DNA of 64,000 bases from NCBI GenBank assembly GCA_937927445.1, contig CALAOB010000098.1, forward strand, positions 6,515-70,514. The letters are read 5' to 3'. How positions within the stretch are numbered: position 1 is the stretch's first letter; each line of letters starts with the position of its first letter. Positions 52,959-63,136 of the stretch are shown here, in pieces. Source of the stretch: an uncultured Oribacterium sp. (GTDB taxonomy: Bacteria > Bacillota > Clostridia > Lachnospirales > Lachnospiraceae). Both the position numbers and the translations under genes were made by a program. The notes beneath the pieces are model-generated. The model searched no databases and was not told the origin of the DNA. It saw only the letters and a list, made by a program, of their open reading frames with translations.

Positions 52959-55115
52959 CTAGGACCGTGGTGCGAAATTCACGGTATAGGATGCGATGAC
53001 GGTATCGTTCGACGCATCGACGATTTCGACGGTGCCCTTTCCGATGCCTGCGGCACCCTTGATGTTCGGGATCACGACCTGAAGCTCGGTGCCGGCTTCA
53101 TAGCTGCGTGCCTCCTGCAGTGTCGTGTAGCGCTCCGTCCCATCGATTTCCTGGCAGAGACGGATCAGGATGATCCGCCGTGTATCCGCCGCCGGACTGG
53201 TCTCACCGCCGATCTTTACGGCCGTGTTGATCGAGCCGTACCAGGCACCCTGACTGTCGGCCACAGTACTCTTCTGGCTCGTCTCTCCGTCGGAACCGGA
53301 AGAAATCGTCAGCGAGATCGTCGTCCCCTTCAGGACCACGGAACCCGGTATCAGGCTCTGGTCGATGACCGTATCCGCCTCATGTGCCTCATCCGGCACA
53401 TAGTCGATGCCATCCGGTGTGAGTCCTGCATCCTCCAGCGCGGTCAGCGCATCGTCTTCGCTCAGTGTACGCACCTCCGGCACCAGTGCCATGCCATTCT
53501 CGCTCGCAGAACCGGCGGAACGTGTGATGATCAGCATCGACGTTCCGCTGGTATCCGGCTTGCTGGTGCCGATGATATTGCCCATAGGGACCGTCTCGGA
53601 GAATGCATCCTGAATCTTATAGTTGATCTTTCGTTTTTCCAGCGCCTCGACCAGGGTGTCGCACTTCACGGCATGCAGCGCGTCCAGCTTCTCCGGCGTC
53701 GCCGGATCATAGAAGCGGATGGTCTCTGCCCCCTTCGACACCGTCACATCGAGGGTACTGCCGCTCTGGATTTTCTCCTTCTGGTAGGCGATGATCGTGC
53801 CCTCCGTCGGATACTGATCCGAGAAGCTTTCCTTCGTGGTCCGAAGATGGATATTGTAGGCACCGAGATAGTCCTCGGCCTCCTCCACGGTCTTTCCGAG
53901 GATATTCGGAAGGAGGTTGTCCAGCGCGGAGATCGTGATATTGATGGTGCCCGACTCCGTCTCCGTCGCCGTCTGTTCCAGCGGCTGTGTGGTTTCCAGC
54001 GCCGTCCGGCTGTCCCGGAAGAAGGAGAACATATTGCGGCCGATGATCAGCACCAGCACGATGATCAGCAGGATACAGACGCCGGCGATCACACGGTAGA
54101 TTTTCGTCATGTGGAAGCTGGCTTCATCTTCCTCCGTATCATCGAGGGGAAGCGCATCCGTATCATCGAGATGCGCGAGCTTCTTCCGCAGCTTCTGCCG
54201 GTGCTTCAGCTGATTCAGCTCCCGCGGGGACAGTACCCGGGTCTCACTGAGGTCCTCCGGCATCTCACCGGACATGAAGGAACCGCTCGGATCCTTCAGT
54301 GCCTTCCGGAGGTCCTCCATCAGCTCACCGATGTGCTGGTAGCGGAGCTTTCCCTTCTTCTGCATGCACTTGTATACCGCCATATCGAGGGCCGGGTACA
54401 CATCCGGTACCAGCTCCTTCACGTGCGGGATCGGATTCTCGAGGTGCGCGAAGACGACGGACACCGAGGTGTCGCCGTCATACGGCACCTGCCCCGTCAG
54501 CATCTCATACATCGTACAGCCGAAGCTGTAGATATCCGAACGCTCATCCGACTGCCCGGAGCGGGCCTGTTCCGGCGAAATATAGTGGACGGAGCCCATG
54601 ACGGTAGCATTGACCGTCTGCTGCGTCGCGGCACGCGCGATGCCGAAGTCCGCCACCTTCACGTTTCCCTCGCTGTCGACGATGATGTTCTGCGGCTTGA
54701 TATCCCGGTGTACGATGCCCATCTTATGCGCGAGCTCGATGCCGGCCGCCGCCTGCAGTGCGATGGCGATGGTCTCCTGCGAGTCCATGCGTCCCGCACG
54801 CTTGATATAATTTTTCAGTGTGATACCCTCGACGAGCTCCATCACGATATAGTGCAGCTTCGTCTCCGGATTATCGACGATATCGTAGACCGCGACGATG
54901 TTCGGATGATTCAGCTTCGCTGCCGCCTGGGCCTCGTTCTGAAACTTCCGGATGAAATCCTCATCCTCGCAGTACTCCTCCTTCAGGACCTTGATCGCGA
55001 CCTCACGGCCCATCTTCCGATCGTTGGCACGATAGACATAGCTCATGCCACCCTGTCCGATCAGCGTATCGATCTCATAACGTTCGTCGAGCAGCTGTCC
55101 CAGCTCTACCATCAT
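52959..55115 (-). CDS. prkC: Ser/Thr protein kinase with extracellular PASTA domains
   Basis: Hanks kinase motifs (HRDIKPQN, DFGIA), a TM helix and C-terminal PASTA-like repeats. Confidence 0.92.
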   Translation of the reverse strand: MMVELGQLLDERYEIDTLIGQGGMSYVYRANDRKMGREVAIKVLKEEYCEDEDFIRKFQNEAQAAAKLNHPNIVAVYDIVDNPETKLHYIVMELVEGITLKNYIKRAGRMDSQETIAIALQAAAGIELAHKMGIVHRDIKPQNIIVDSEGNVKVADFGIARAATQQTVNATVMGSVHYISPEQARSGQSDERSDIYSFGCTMYEMLTGQVPYDGDTSVSVVFAHLENPIPHVKELVPDVYPALDMAVYKCMQKKGKLRYQHIGELMEDLRKALKDPSGSFMSGEMPEDLSETRVLSPRELNQLKHRQKLRKKLAHLDDTDALPLDDTEEDEASFHMTKIYRVIAGVCILLIIVLVLIIGRNMFSFFRDSRTALETTQPLEQTATETESGTINITISALDNLLPNILGKTVEEAEDYLGAYNIHLRTTKESFSDQYPTEGTIIAYQKEKIQSGSTLDVTVSKGAETIRFYDPATPEKLDALHAVKCDTLVEALEKRKINYKIQDAFSETVPMGNIIGTSKPDTSGTSMLIITRSAGSASENGMALVPEVRTLSEDDALTALEDAGLTPDGIDYVPDEAHEADTVIDQSLIPGSVVLKGTTISLTISSGSDGETSQKSTVADSQGAWYGSINTAVKIGGETSPAADTRRIILIRLCQEIDGTERYTTLQEARSYEAGTELQVVIPNIKGAAGIGKGTVEIVDASNDTVIASYTVNFAPRS

Positions 55116-55861
55116 ATCGTCGCCTCCTCTCGGTAAGGGCCGGTCAGGACGATGCCGATATTGTCCTTGCCGCCGTTGATGTTTGCCATGTCGATGAGTG
55201 CCTGTACCTTTTCCTGTACCGTGCTGTGCTCACGAATGATGTTCCGGATGCTTTCATTGTCGACCATGTTGGAGAGACCATCCGAGCAGAGAAGGAGATA
55301 ATCCCCCTCGCTGAGCTCGATTTCGAAGAAATCAGCCTCCACCTGCGGCTCGATGCCGACGGCCCGCGTGATGATATTGCGGGACTCCATGTACTCCTTC
55401 GAGCCACGCCGCATGAGACCACGCCGTACCATCTCCTCGACATAGGAGTGGTCCCGGGTGATCTGACGGATGCTGTTTCCGTGGATGAGGTAGGCCCGCG
55501 AATCGCCGATATTACCGACGGTCAGATTCGACTCCTCGATAAATGCGATCACGAGCGTCGTGCCCATCCCGCTCAGATTCGGATTTTGCTGTGCCAGACG
55601 ATAGAGACGCTGGTTCACGTCCCGGATTCCCTCCTGGAGCAGGCGGATCTCCGGCTGTGGCTCTGCGGCCTTCTCGATATAGCGCCGGAGCTCATCGACC
55701 GCATAGCGGGAGGCATAGTCCCCCGCCTTATGGCCGCCCATCCCGTCCGCGAGCAGAAAAAGATTCGGCAGCGTCCCCACCGGCTGATCGCTCGCGAAGA
55801 CGTAATCCTGGTTCATACGTCGCCGCTGTCCCCTATCGGTTTTCGCGTAAAAATCCATCAT
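55112..55861 (-). CDS. stp: PP2C-family Ser/Thr phosphatase
   Basis: TDRGQRRRMNQD and DGMGGH motifs. 4-nt overlap with prkC. Confidence 0.92.
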   Translation of the reverse strand: MMDFYAKTDRGQRRRMNQDYVFASDQPVGTLPNLFLLADGMGGHKAGDYASRYAVDELRRYIEKAAEPQPEIRLLQEGIRDVNQRLYRLAQQNPNLSGMGTTLVIAFIEESNLTVGNIGDSRAYLIHGNSIRQITRDHSYVEEMVRRGLMRRGSKEYMESRNIITRAVGIEPQVEADFFEIELSEGDYLLLCSDGLSNMVDNESIRNIIREHSTVQEKVQALIDMANINGGKDNIGIVLTGPYREEATI

Positions 55862-56004
55862 GCTTCACCTGTAACTTCTGTAACTTCATCATCGTCGTCC
55901 AATGCAGACGCCCTCAACATCCTCACTTCGCAGCACCTTGTGGATTCCACTGCTGAACGAGGCTACGTATCATCACGCGCCCATCGTAGCGCTTTTTTTA
56001 CCCA

Positions 56005-57072
56005 CTACGCCTTCGAATCGATGCCCTCCGTCTCGAGGTAATCCCGGCGGAGCTGGCCGCAGGAGCCCGAGATGTCGGACCCCATCTCCCGGCGGATCGT
56101 CGCCGCGATGCCGTTCCGCTCCAGAATATGCTGGAAGGCCTCGACCTTCGAGCGGTCCGGCCGCTTCCAGTCCCGTTCCTTGATCGGATTCACCGGAATC
56201 AGGTTCACGTGGCACTGGAGCTTCCCGCCGTTCTTCATGCTGCGGATGAGCTTCACGAGCTCCATCGCCTCGGCCTTGTTATCATTGACACCCTCGACGA
56301 CAGAATACTCGAAGGTCACCCGTCGACCGGTCTTCTCGAAGTAGTACTCGATGGCCGGCATGATCTCCGAGAGCGAGTACTTGTTGGCGATCGGCATCAG
56401 GGTCTTCCGTGTCTCGTCGTTCGGCGCATGGAGACTGAGAGCCAGCGTAATCCCGTAATTTTCATCGGCCAGCTGGCGGATCTTCGGCACCAGACCGCAG
56501 GTCGAGATCGTGATGTTCCGTCGCGAGATATGGAGCCCGTTTTCATCTGAAATCATGCGGATGAAACGGGTGAACTCATCGTAGTTATCGAGGGGTTCAC
56601 CAGAGCCCATGATGACGATGTTATCGACCCGGGCACCGGTCGTCCGCTGGATCTGGTAGATCTGTCCGAGCATCTCTCCGCTCGTCAGATTCCGTGCGAG
56701 GCCGTCGAGGGTCGATGCACAGAACTTACAGCCCATGCGGCAGCCGACCTGCGAGGAGATGCAGACACTGTGTCCGTGCTGGTACTCCATCCAGACGGAC
56801 TCGATGACGTGTCCATCCTGCATACGGAAGATAAATTTCTTCGTCCCATCGATTTTCGAGGTGAGCACCTCCACCGTTTCCGGCAGGGCCACACTGTACT
56901 CCGCACTCAGCTTGTCGCGAAGTCCCTTCGAGATGTTCGTCATCTCATCGTAGTGCTCCACCAGATTCTGGTGCAGCCAGCTATAGATCTGCTTCGCACG
57001 GAACGGCTTCTCCCCCATCTCCTCGAGCAGTTTTTTCAAATCCTTCAGTTCTAAATCGCGTAAATTCTTCAT
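56005..57072 (-). CDS. rlmN: 23S rRNA/tRNA adenine-C2 methyltransferase RlmN (radical SAM)
   Basis: CxxxCxxC motif GCRMGCKFC. 355 aa. Confidence 0.92.
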   Translation of the reverse strand: MKNLRDLELKDLKKLLEEMGEKPFRAKQIYSWLHQNLVEHYDEMTNISKGLRDKLSAEYSVALPETVEVLTSKIDGTKKFIFRMQDGHVIESVWMEYQHGHSVCISSQVGCRMGCKFCASTLDGLARNLTSGEMLGQIYQIQRTTGARVDNIVIMGSGEPLDNYDEFTRFIRMISDENGLHISRRNITISTCGLVPKIRQLADENYGITLALSLHAPNDETRKTLMPIANKYSLSEIMPAIEYYFEKTGRRVTFEYSVVEGVNDNKAEAMELVKLIRSMKNGGKLQCHVNLIPVNPIKERDWKRPDRSKVEAFQHILERNGIAATIRREMGSDISGSCGQLRRDYLETEGIDSKA

Positions 57073-58541
57073 TCTTTTCGAAATACCGTAAGATAAAATC
57101 CGTCGGAAGGCGCACCCGGCAGGAACTTCCGCTCCTTCTCGAGGGTGAAGCCGCCCTTCGCCAGGATATAGTCCCGGTTGTCTTCATTTTCTTCCTTCGT
57201 CAGTGTGCAGGTGGAGTACAGAAGCTTCCCACCCGGCTTCACATAGGCACATACCGTATCGAGGATCTCCCGTTGCAGCTTCTGCAGCTCCCGGATTCCT
57301 TCACGACTCGCATTGAAGCGGATATCCGGCTTCTTTCCGAGGATACCGAGGCCGGAGCACGGGAGGTCGGCGATGACGATATCCGCCGTTCCCTGTCCGG
57401 CGGCATCCAGCAGCGTCGGATCCGGCGTGCGTGCGTCGTGCACCTGTGCCGTGATATTCGTAAGCTGCTGCCGTGCGATGTTCTGCTCGATGAGTGCCAC
57501 CTTCGCTTCCGTGAGGTCCCGCGCATCGACGTGACCTGTGCCCCCGAGGAGGGCGGCGATATGGCAGCTCTTGCCGCCCGGTGCCGCACATACATCGACG
57601 ACCTGGTCGCCCGGCTGCGGATTGGCTTCGAGGCCGACCTGCTGTGAGGCATAGTCCTGGATCGTGATCTCACCGCGCTGGAAGGCCTCGCTGTGGACGA
57701 TATCGCCCTCCATCTCCTCGCAGTGACCATCCTGGAAACGAACGAAATTCTTCTTTTCGCCCTCGAGGAACCAGGCCAGCATGCGTTCGGTCTCCTCCCG
57801 TCCATAGACCTTCTTCAGTGTATCGTACATCCAGAGCGGTACACTGTAACGGATATAGGCCGGTGTCTTACCGGTATGGGCGAGGTTCTGGAAGATGACC
57901 TCTTTATCCCTGGAAACACTCCGAAGCACGCCGTTCACGAAGCCGCTCAGGAAGAAGACCTTATCCTCCTGGCTCTTCACGAGCTCGACGGCCTCATTGA
58001 TAGCCGCACTGTCCGGCACCTTATCCATGTACAGGATCTGGTAGCTGCCCATGCGGAGCACCGTCCGAACCAGCGGCTCCATGTTTTTCGTATGGGTCTT
58101 ACTGAGCTGGTTCAGGATGAAGTCGATCTGGATCGTGTACTCGAGGGTCCCCTCGACGAGCCGCGTCACGAAGGCACGGTCGCGCGCGGTCCAGTCCGGG
58201 TGCGCCGACAGTGCATCGCGGAGCACGATATGCGAGAGCTTCTTCTCCTCGAGAATCTTCATAAGGCTAAGTACAGCAATAGACCGCGGTGTCGCTGCGG
58301 TCTTTTCTCTCGAAATCTCTGATATTTTCTTCTCCGGCGTCTTCACCGGACCGCGTCCCTGCTGCGGACCTCTCCGACCTGCGTACGCGCCATGCTGTGC
58401 ATCGCGCCGACCACGCGATCCATGTCCTCCGCGTGTCTCTCTCGTATCTGCTGTATCCGCGGCCTTTTTTCCGGCATGCATGAATTTATGCAGCGGGCCC
58501 TCTGTCCGGGTCTTTTTATTTCGCTGATTCTTATTTTCCAT
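57069..58541 (-). CDS. rsmB: 16S rRNA cytosine-C5 methyltransferase RsmB with an Arg/Gly-rich N-terminal extension
   Basis: NusB-like domain followed by DVCAAPGGKS and DLPCSGLG. The start is uncertain (ATG 58541 or GTG 58589). Confidence 0.88.
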   Translation of the reverse strand: MENKNQRNKKTRTEGPLHKFMHAGKKAADTADTRETRGGHGSRGRRDAQHGAYAGRRGPQQGRGPVKTPEKKISEISREKTAATPRSIAVLSLMKILEEKKLSHIVLRDALSAHPDWTARDRAFVTRLVEGTLEYTIQIDFILNQLSKTHTKNMEPLVRTVLRMGSYQILYMDKVPDSAAINEAVELVKSQEDKVFFLSGFVNGVLRSVSRDKEVIFQNLAHTGKTPAYIRYSVPLWMYDTLKKVYGREETERMLAWFLEGEKKNFVRFQDGHCEEMEGDIVHSEAFQRGEITIQDYASQQVGLEANPQPGDQVVDVCAAPGGKSCHIAALLGGTGHVDARDLTEAKVALIEQNIARQQLTNITAQVHDARTPDPTLLDAAGQGTADIVIADLPCSGLGILGKKPDIRFNASREGIRELQKLQREILDTVCAYVKPGGKLLYSTCTLTKEENEDNRDYILAKGGFTLEKERKFLPGAPSDGFYLTVFRKE

Positions 58542-58666
58542 GAAACGTTCTCTGCAGTTTCCTCTCTTTAGTATACCGTGTAGCGTCACACGATGTGCTT
58601 ATCTTCATCCAGGCGCTGTCCGCTGTCCCTTCATCCATTTACGGAGATTCGGATATCGGGACTTCG

Positions 58667-59380
58667 TCAGTCGTCACGTCGCCGGCTGCCCCGCGTCAGG
58701 ATCAGCAGTCGGAGCAGCTGTAAGAGGGACGACGCCGCTGCGGCGACATAGGTGAGCGCAGCCGCTGTTAGAACCGCCTTCACACCATCGAGCTCCTCTT
58801 CGCTCAGCACCTGATTCTCACGCAGCGTCTTCACCGCACGGCGGGATGCATCAAACTCGACCGGAAGGGTCAGAAGCTGGATCGAGATCGCCACGATGAA
58901 GGCGATGATTCCGATCTTGATGAGCGGCGTCCAGCTGATGAGGATCCCGAAAAAGATCATCGGAATCGAGATCTTCGAAGCAACGGCGCAGGCCGGCGTG
59001 ATCGTGCGCGTCAGCACCAGCGGTCCGTAGCAGACGTGATCCTGGATCGCATGACCGCACTCGTGGGCAGCCACACCGATGGCGGCGATCGAGCTGCTGT
59101 TGATTGTCGATTCACTGAGGTTCAGGACCTTCTTACTCGGCACATAATTATCCGTCAGATTGCCGGCGATGCCCTGAACACGGACGTTCGTGATGTCGTT
59201 CCGGCTCAGGATCAGACGGGCCGCGTCTGCACCGGTGATGCCGGCGCGTGCGCCGATCTTCGCATATTTCTGAAAGGTCCGATTGACATTGGCACTTGCC
59301 ATCATCGATAAGATGACGCCGATCAGCACCAGGATGTAGGTCGGATCATAAAACATCGGATATCCATAGTAACCGTACAT
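58667..59380 (-). CDS. zinc metallopeptidase, YugP family
   Basis: HECGHAIQD motif and a membrane-anchored N-terminus. Start MYGYYGYP with an ACAGGAGGA SD. Confidence 0.85.
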   Translation of the reverse strand: MYGYYGYPMFYDPTYILVLIGVILSMMASANVNRTFQKYAKIGARAGITGADAARLILSRNDITNVRVQGIAGNLTDNYVPSKKVLNLSESTINSSSIAAIGVAAHECGHAIQDHVCYGPLVLTRTITPACAVASKISIPMIFFGILISWTPLIKIGIIAFIVAISIQLLTLPVEFDASRRAVKTLRENQVLSEEELDGVKAVLTAAALTYVAAAASSLLQLLRLLILTRGSRRRDD

Positions 59381-59555
59381 AGTAATTCCTCCTGTCATGC
59401 TATGCCCTACAGTGTACGACATATTCGTGATCAGTGTTTGTTGAAATTCTGAACTTTATCTGAAGATTCGTGCTGCCGCGTGGCAGCCCCAGTCTCACCA
59501 GCGCGGAAGCCCGGGTGAAACGCCCGGCAGCGTGATCACACGTGTCGTCGATCGC

Positions 59556-60530
59556 TTAGAAACGGTGTCCGCGCAGGAAGTCCTCCGCCTTCATGCGCTT
59601 CTTGCCCTCGAGCTGCAGCTCCCGGATACGAAGCGCACCGTGGCCACAGCGCACCACCAGCATCTTCTGGTCGGCATAGACATGACCTGCCTTCGTGCCC
59701 TCCGGCATCGTCGTATCCCGCTCCGGCATCATCACCGCCACCTCCGGCAGCGGATACAGCTTACAGTCTTCGTCGGTCAGCACATCGGCATCCCAGAGCT
59801 TCAGCTGCTTCCCGCCGAGGAAGCTGTAGGCGGACGGCCACGGATTGAGTCCGCGGATCTTCCGCTCGATGACCACGGCATCCTCCGTCCAGTCGATGCG
59901 ACCGGAGGTCTTCGTGAAGAGACCGACCTTCGTCGCCTGTGAGGCATCCTGTGCGACCGGCGTGATACTGCCGGCCTCGAGTCCCTCGAGGGTCTCTACG
60001 ATGAGCTTTCCGCCGAGCTTCGCCAGCTTATCGAAAAGCGTGCCGCCGGTCTCCTTTGGATCAAGCGGAATCCGCTTCATCATCAGGATATCACCGGTAT
60101 CGAGTCCCTCGTCCATCTGCATGGTCGTCACGCCCGACTCGGCATCGCCGTTCAGCACAGCCCACTGCACCGGTGCCGCACCACGGTACTTCGGAAGCAG
60201 CGAAGCGTGCACATTGACACAGCCATACTTCGGAATCTCGAGGATATCCTTCGGCAGGATCTGACCAAATGCGGTCACCACGATCACATCCGGTGCAAGC
60301 GCGCGCATCTCTTCCTTCAGCGCCTCATCCTTCCGGATCCGCTCCGGCGTCGCCACAGGTATCCCGTAGCCCTCCGCCGCGATACGCACATCACTCTTCT
60401 GTGCCTCGCCATGCCGTCCCTTCGGACGATCCGGCTGCGTAATCACAAGCGGAATCTCATAGCCCGCCTTCACCAGTGCATCGAGCGTCGCCACCGCAAA
60501 ATCCGGTGTTCCCATAAATATTACCTTCAA
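59556..60530 (-). CDS. fmt: methionyl-tRNA formyltransferase
   Basis: TTG start preceded by GGAGG 6 nt upstream gives (M)KVIFMGTPDFA. About 324 aa. Confidence 0.9.
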   Translation of the reverse strand: MKVIFMGTPDFAVATLDALVKAGYEIPLVITQPDRPKGRHGEAQKSDVRIAAEGYGIPVATPERIRKDEALKEEMRALAPDVIVVTAFGQILPKDILEIPKYGCVNVHASLLPKYRGAAPVQWAVLNGDAESGVTTMQMDEGLDTGDILMMKRIPLDPKETGGTLFDKLAKLGGKLIVETLEGLEAGSITPVAQDASQATKVGLFTKTSGRIDWTEDAVVIERKIRGLNPWPSAYSFLGGKQLKLWDADVLTDEDCKLYPLPEVAVMMPERDTTMPEGTKAGHVYADQKMLVVRCGHGALRIRELQLEGKKRMKAEDFLRGHRF

Positions 60531-60573
60531 CTCATACCTCCGTTCCAACGGCATCTGGATTGCTTTTAACAAA

Positions 60574-60614
60574 GTAGTACTGTGCTTCTGTTGACGTTCC
60601 TCCGGGGTCCCTCG
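60574..60614 (+). repeat. solo fragment of the palindrome-family outer arm in the def-fmt spacer
   Basis: gtagtactgtgcttctgttgacgttcctccgggg matches the copy C right arm at 30 of 34 positions (hand count). Confidence 0.7.
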
Positions 60615-60618
60615 ACGA

Positions 60619-61122
60619 TCACTCGAAGTCCTCGAACTCCTCCTCGTCGAGGCTCTCGTACTCTACATCCTCGAGCTCACCCTCGACCTTCGAGGTGTAG
60701 AGGATACCGTGCAGATGATCGTTCTCATGCGCCATCGCACGTGCGAGCAGACCCTCACAGTCGAAGGCATACGGCTGCATGTTCGCATCGAGTGCCTCCA
60801 CATGCACCTTCATCGCTCTCGTGACCACGCCCTGCTTGCCCGGTACGGACAGACAGCCCTCGTCACCGGTCTGGGTCTCGTCGCCGATCGGGGTCACCGT
60901 CGGATTGATGCAGATATAACGCTGACCATCACCGATGTCGATGACGAACAGCTGACGAAGGATACCGACCTGTGGAGCCGCGAGACCGACGCCGTTGGCC
61001 GCATACATTGTCTCAAACATATCGTTGATGAGGTCAACGGTACGATCCGTTACGGCCTTCAGCGGCTTGCACTCCTTCTCCAGAATCGGGTCTCCAATTT
61101 CACGAATGGTTCTTAATGCCAT
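60619..61122 (-). CDS. def: peptide deformylase with an acidic C-terminal tail
   Basis: EGCLSVPG and HENDHL motifs. Confidence 0.93.
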   Translation of the reverse strand: MALRTIREIGDPILEKECKPLKAVTDRTVDLINDMFETMYAANGVGLAAPQVGILRQLFVIDIGDGQRYICINPTVTPIGDETQTGDEGCLSVPGKQGVVTRAMKVHVEALDANMQPYAFDCEGLLARAMAHENDHLHGILYTSKVEGELEDVEYESLDEEEFEDFE

Positions 61123-61135
61123 AATACTCTCCTAA

Positions 61136-63136
61136 CTACTGTAAATCATAATTCAACAGCACGAGTCCGCGACGGTCGTGCTGACGTACACGTTCGGTAA
61201 AACGATCCCGTAACCTGATGATTATATCATGGGACGGGTGTTTGATATAGACGATTTTTCGATAGACATCGTTGATCCGGTAGACCGAGGCCTCGAGCGG
61301 TCCGATGAGTTCCGCGCCCTCGGCGCTGCAGTCGAGCTGAAAGCCCTCCGCCGCAGCGGCACTCACCATGGAGAGGAAGTCCTCATCCTTGCTGGCGAGC
61401 TGGATCGTCATGAGGCGCTCCGTCGGCGGATAGCCCATCAGCTTTCGGAAGCGGAACTCCTTCTCATAGAAGGCCTTGTAGTCCTGGCGCTTCGACAGCA
61501 CGATCGCATAGTGATCCGGCTGATAGGTCTGGATGATGACCGTACCGGCCTGCGCGCCACGCCCCGCCCGCCCGGCTGCCTGGGTCAGCAGCTGGAAGGT
61601 GCGCTCCGAGGCCTTGAAGTCCGGTGCCGAGAGATTGAGGTCCGCAGCGATCAGCCCGACCAATGTCACATCCGGGAAATCATGTCCCTTGACGATCATC
61701 TGGGTACCGATCAGGATGTCGGCCTGGTGCTTCCGGAACTTCTCGAGGATACGCTCGTGGTCTCCCTTGCGTTTCGTCGTATCCGCATCCATACGGAGCA
61801 CCGACGCCGTCGGAAAGACCTTCTTCACATAGCTCTCAAGCTTCTCCGTACCGAAACCAAAGGGCGCGAGGTACGGGCTGCCGCAGCTCGGACAGAGCTT
61901 CATGAGCCGTGTCTGGTAGCCACAGTAGTGACAGCGCAGGGAACCATCCCGGTGCAGGGTCAGGGTGATATCGCAGTGCGGGCACTTCAGCGCCTCACCG
62001 CAGCTTCGGCAGGACACGAAATTCGAGTAGCCGCGCCGGTTCATGAAGAGCATGATCTGCTCCTTCTTCCCGAGCTTCTCCTGCATGAGCGTATAGAGCC
62101 GCTCCGAGAGGATGCTCCGGTTTCCCTTCGCCAGCTCTTCCCGGAGGTCGATGATCTCGGTCTCCGCCAGCTGCGCGCCGACATGGGCCCGCGTGAGCAG
62201 CTCGAGCAGCTGCACCTCACCCCGGAGGGCGGCACTGTAGATCGTGAGGGACGGCGTCGCGGAGCCATAAAGCACCGGACAGCCCGCAAGACGTGCCCGC
62301 TCGTACGCGACATCCCGCGTCTCATAGCGGGGTGCCGTCTCCGACTTGTAGGCAGACTCATGCTCCTCGTCCATGATGATGAGCCCGAGGCGCTCGAACG
62401 GCGCAAACACCGCGGAGCGTGGTCCGATGAGAACATTGACCTCGCCGCGCTCGCACTTCGTATACTGCTCGAAGCGCTCGCCGATGCTCATCCGGGAATT
62501 GAGGATCGCAACCCGGCCCTGAAAGCGGGTCGATACACGACGCACCGTCTGGTAGGTGAGCGAGATCTCCGGGATCAGCAGGATCACCTGGTCTCCGCGA
62601 CGGATCACCTCCTCCATGATGTGGAGGTAGACCTCGGTTTTTCCGGAGCCTGTGATGCCGTGCAGCAGGTAACGTGGCGAAGAGCCTCTATTATGATACC
62701 CGGTGATGACCGCGTCCGCGGCCCTCGCCTGTGCCGGATTCAGCTCATGGTACTCATCCTGCTCGTTCTGATACATGCGGATCGGATCGATGCGACGAGC
62801 GTTCTTTCGCACGGTCCGGCGCACCGGCAACACCGTCTTCAGGCACTGGTTCATCGTCGTCCCGTATTCGGTCGACATCCAGGCGGCGAGGTGGATGAGC
62901 TGCTCCTGAACGGAGATGGCATCCGGAATCACCGCGGCGATGTCCTTCACCTTTGACGGATCATAGTCGAAGGTTTCACGAAGACCGACGACGTAGCCGG
63001 TTTTCTCTGCATTGGACGCACCAAAGGGGATCGTGACACGATCCCCCACGTGAAGGTCCATGCCCTCCGGAATGTGATAGGTATAGGCACGGTCCAGTGC
63101 TTCATTTGTGATGTCAATGATGATTTCTGCGTACAT
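61136..63136 (-). CDS. priA: primosomal protein N' (PriA helicase)
   Basis: Walker A GITGSGKTEVY, DEEH box and a Cys-rich zinc region CRSCGEALKCPHCD...CHYCG...CPSCGS. Confidence 0.92.
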   Translation of the reverse strand: MYAEIIIDITNEALDRAYTYHIPEGMDLHVGDRVTIPFGASNAEKTGYVVGLRETFDYDPSKVKDIAAVIPDAISVQEQLIHLAAWMSTEYGTTMNQCLKTVLPVRRTVRKNARRIDPIRMYQNEQDEYHELNPAQARAADAVITGYHNRGSSPRYLLHGITGSGKTEVYLHIMEEVIRRGDQVILLIPEISLTYQTVRRVSTRFQGRVAILNSRMSIGERFEQYTKCERGEVNVLIGPRSAVFAPFERLGLIIMDEEHESAYKSETAPRYETRDVAYERARLAGCPVLYGSATPSLTIYSAALRGEVQLLELLTRAHVGAQLAETEIIDLREELAKGNRSILSERLYTLMQEKLGKKEQIMLFMNRRGYSNFVSCRSCGEALKCPHCDITLTLHRDGSLRCHYCGYQTRLMKLCPSCGSPYLAPFGFGTEKLESYVKKVFPTASVLRMDADTTKRKGDHERILEKFRKHQADILIGTQMIVKGHDFPDVTLVGLIAADLNLSAPDFKASERTFQLLTQAAGRAGRGAQAGTVIIQTYQPDHYAIVLSKRQDYKAFYEKEFRFRKLMGYPPTERLMTIQLASKDEDFLSMVSAAAAEGFQLDCSAEGAELIGPLEASVYRINDVYRKIVYIKHPSHDIIIRLRDRFTERVRQHDRRGLVLLNYDLQ

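Noticed and set aside
55862-56004. 143-nt rlmN-stp spacer with a 9-bp tandem repeat (tgtaacttc x2 at 55870-55887) and a tiny overlapping ORF (MMKLQKLQVKHDGFLRENR)
   Set aside because: The repeat is short and adjacent to the stp SD. The mini-ORF overlaps the stp start out of frame without an SD. There is no evidence of function.
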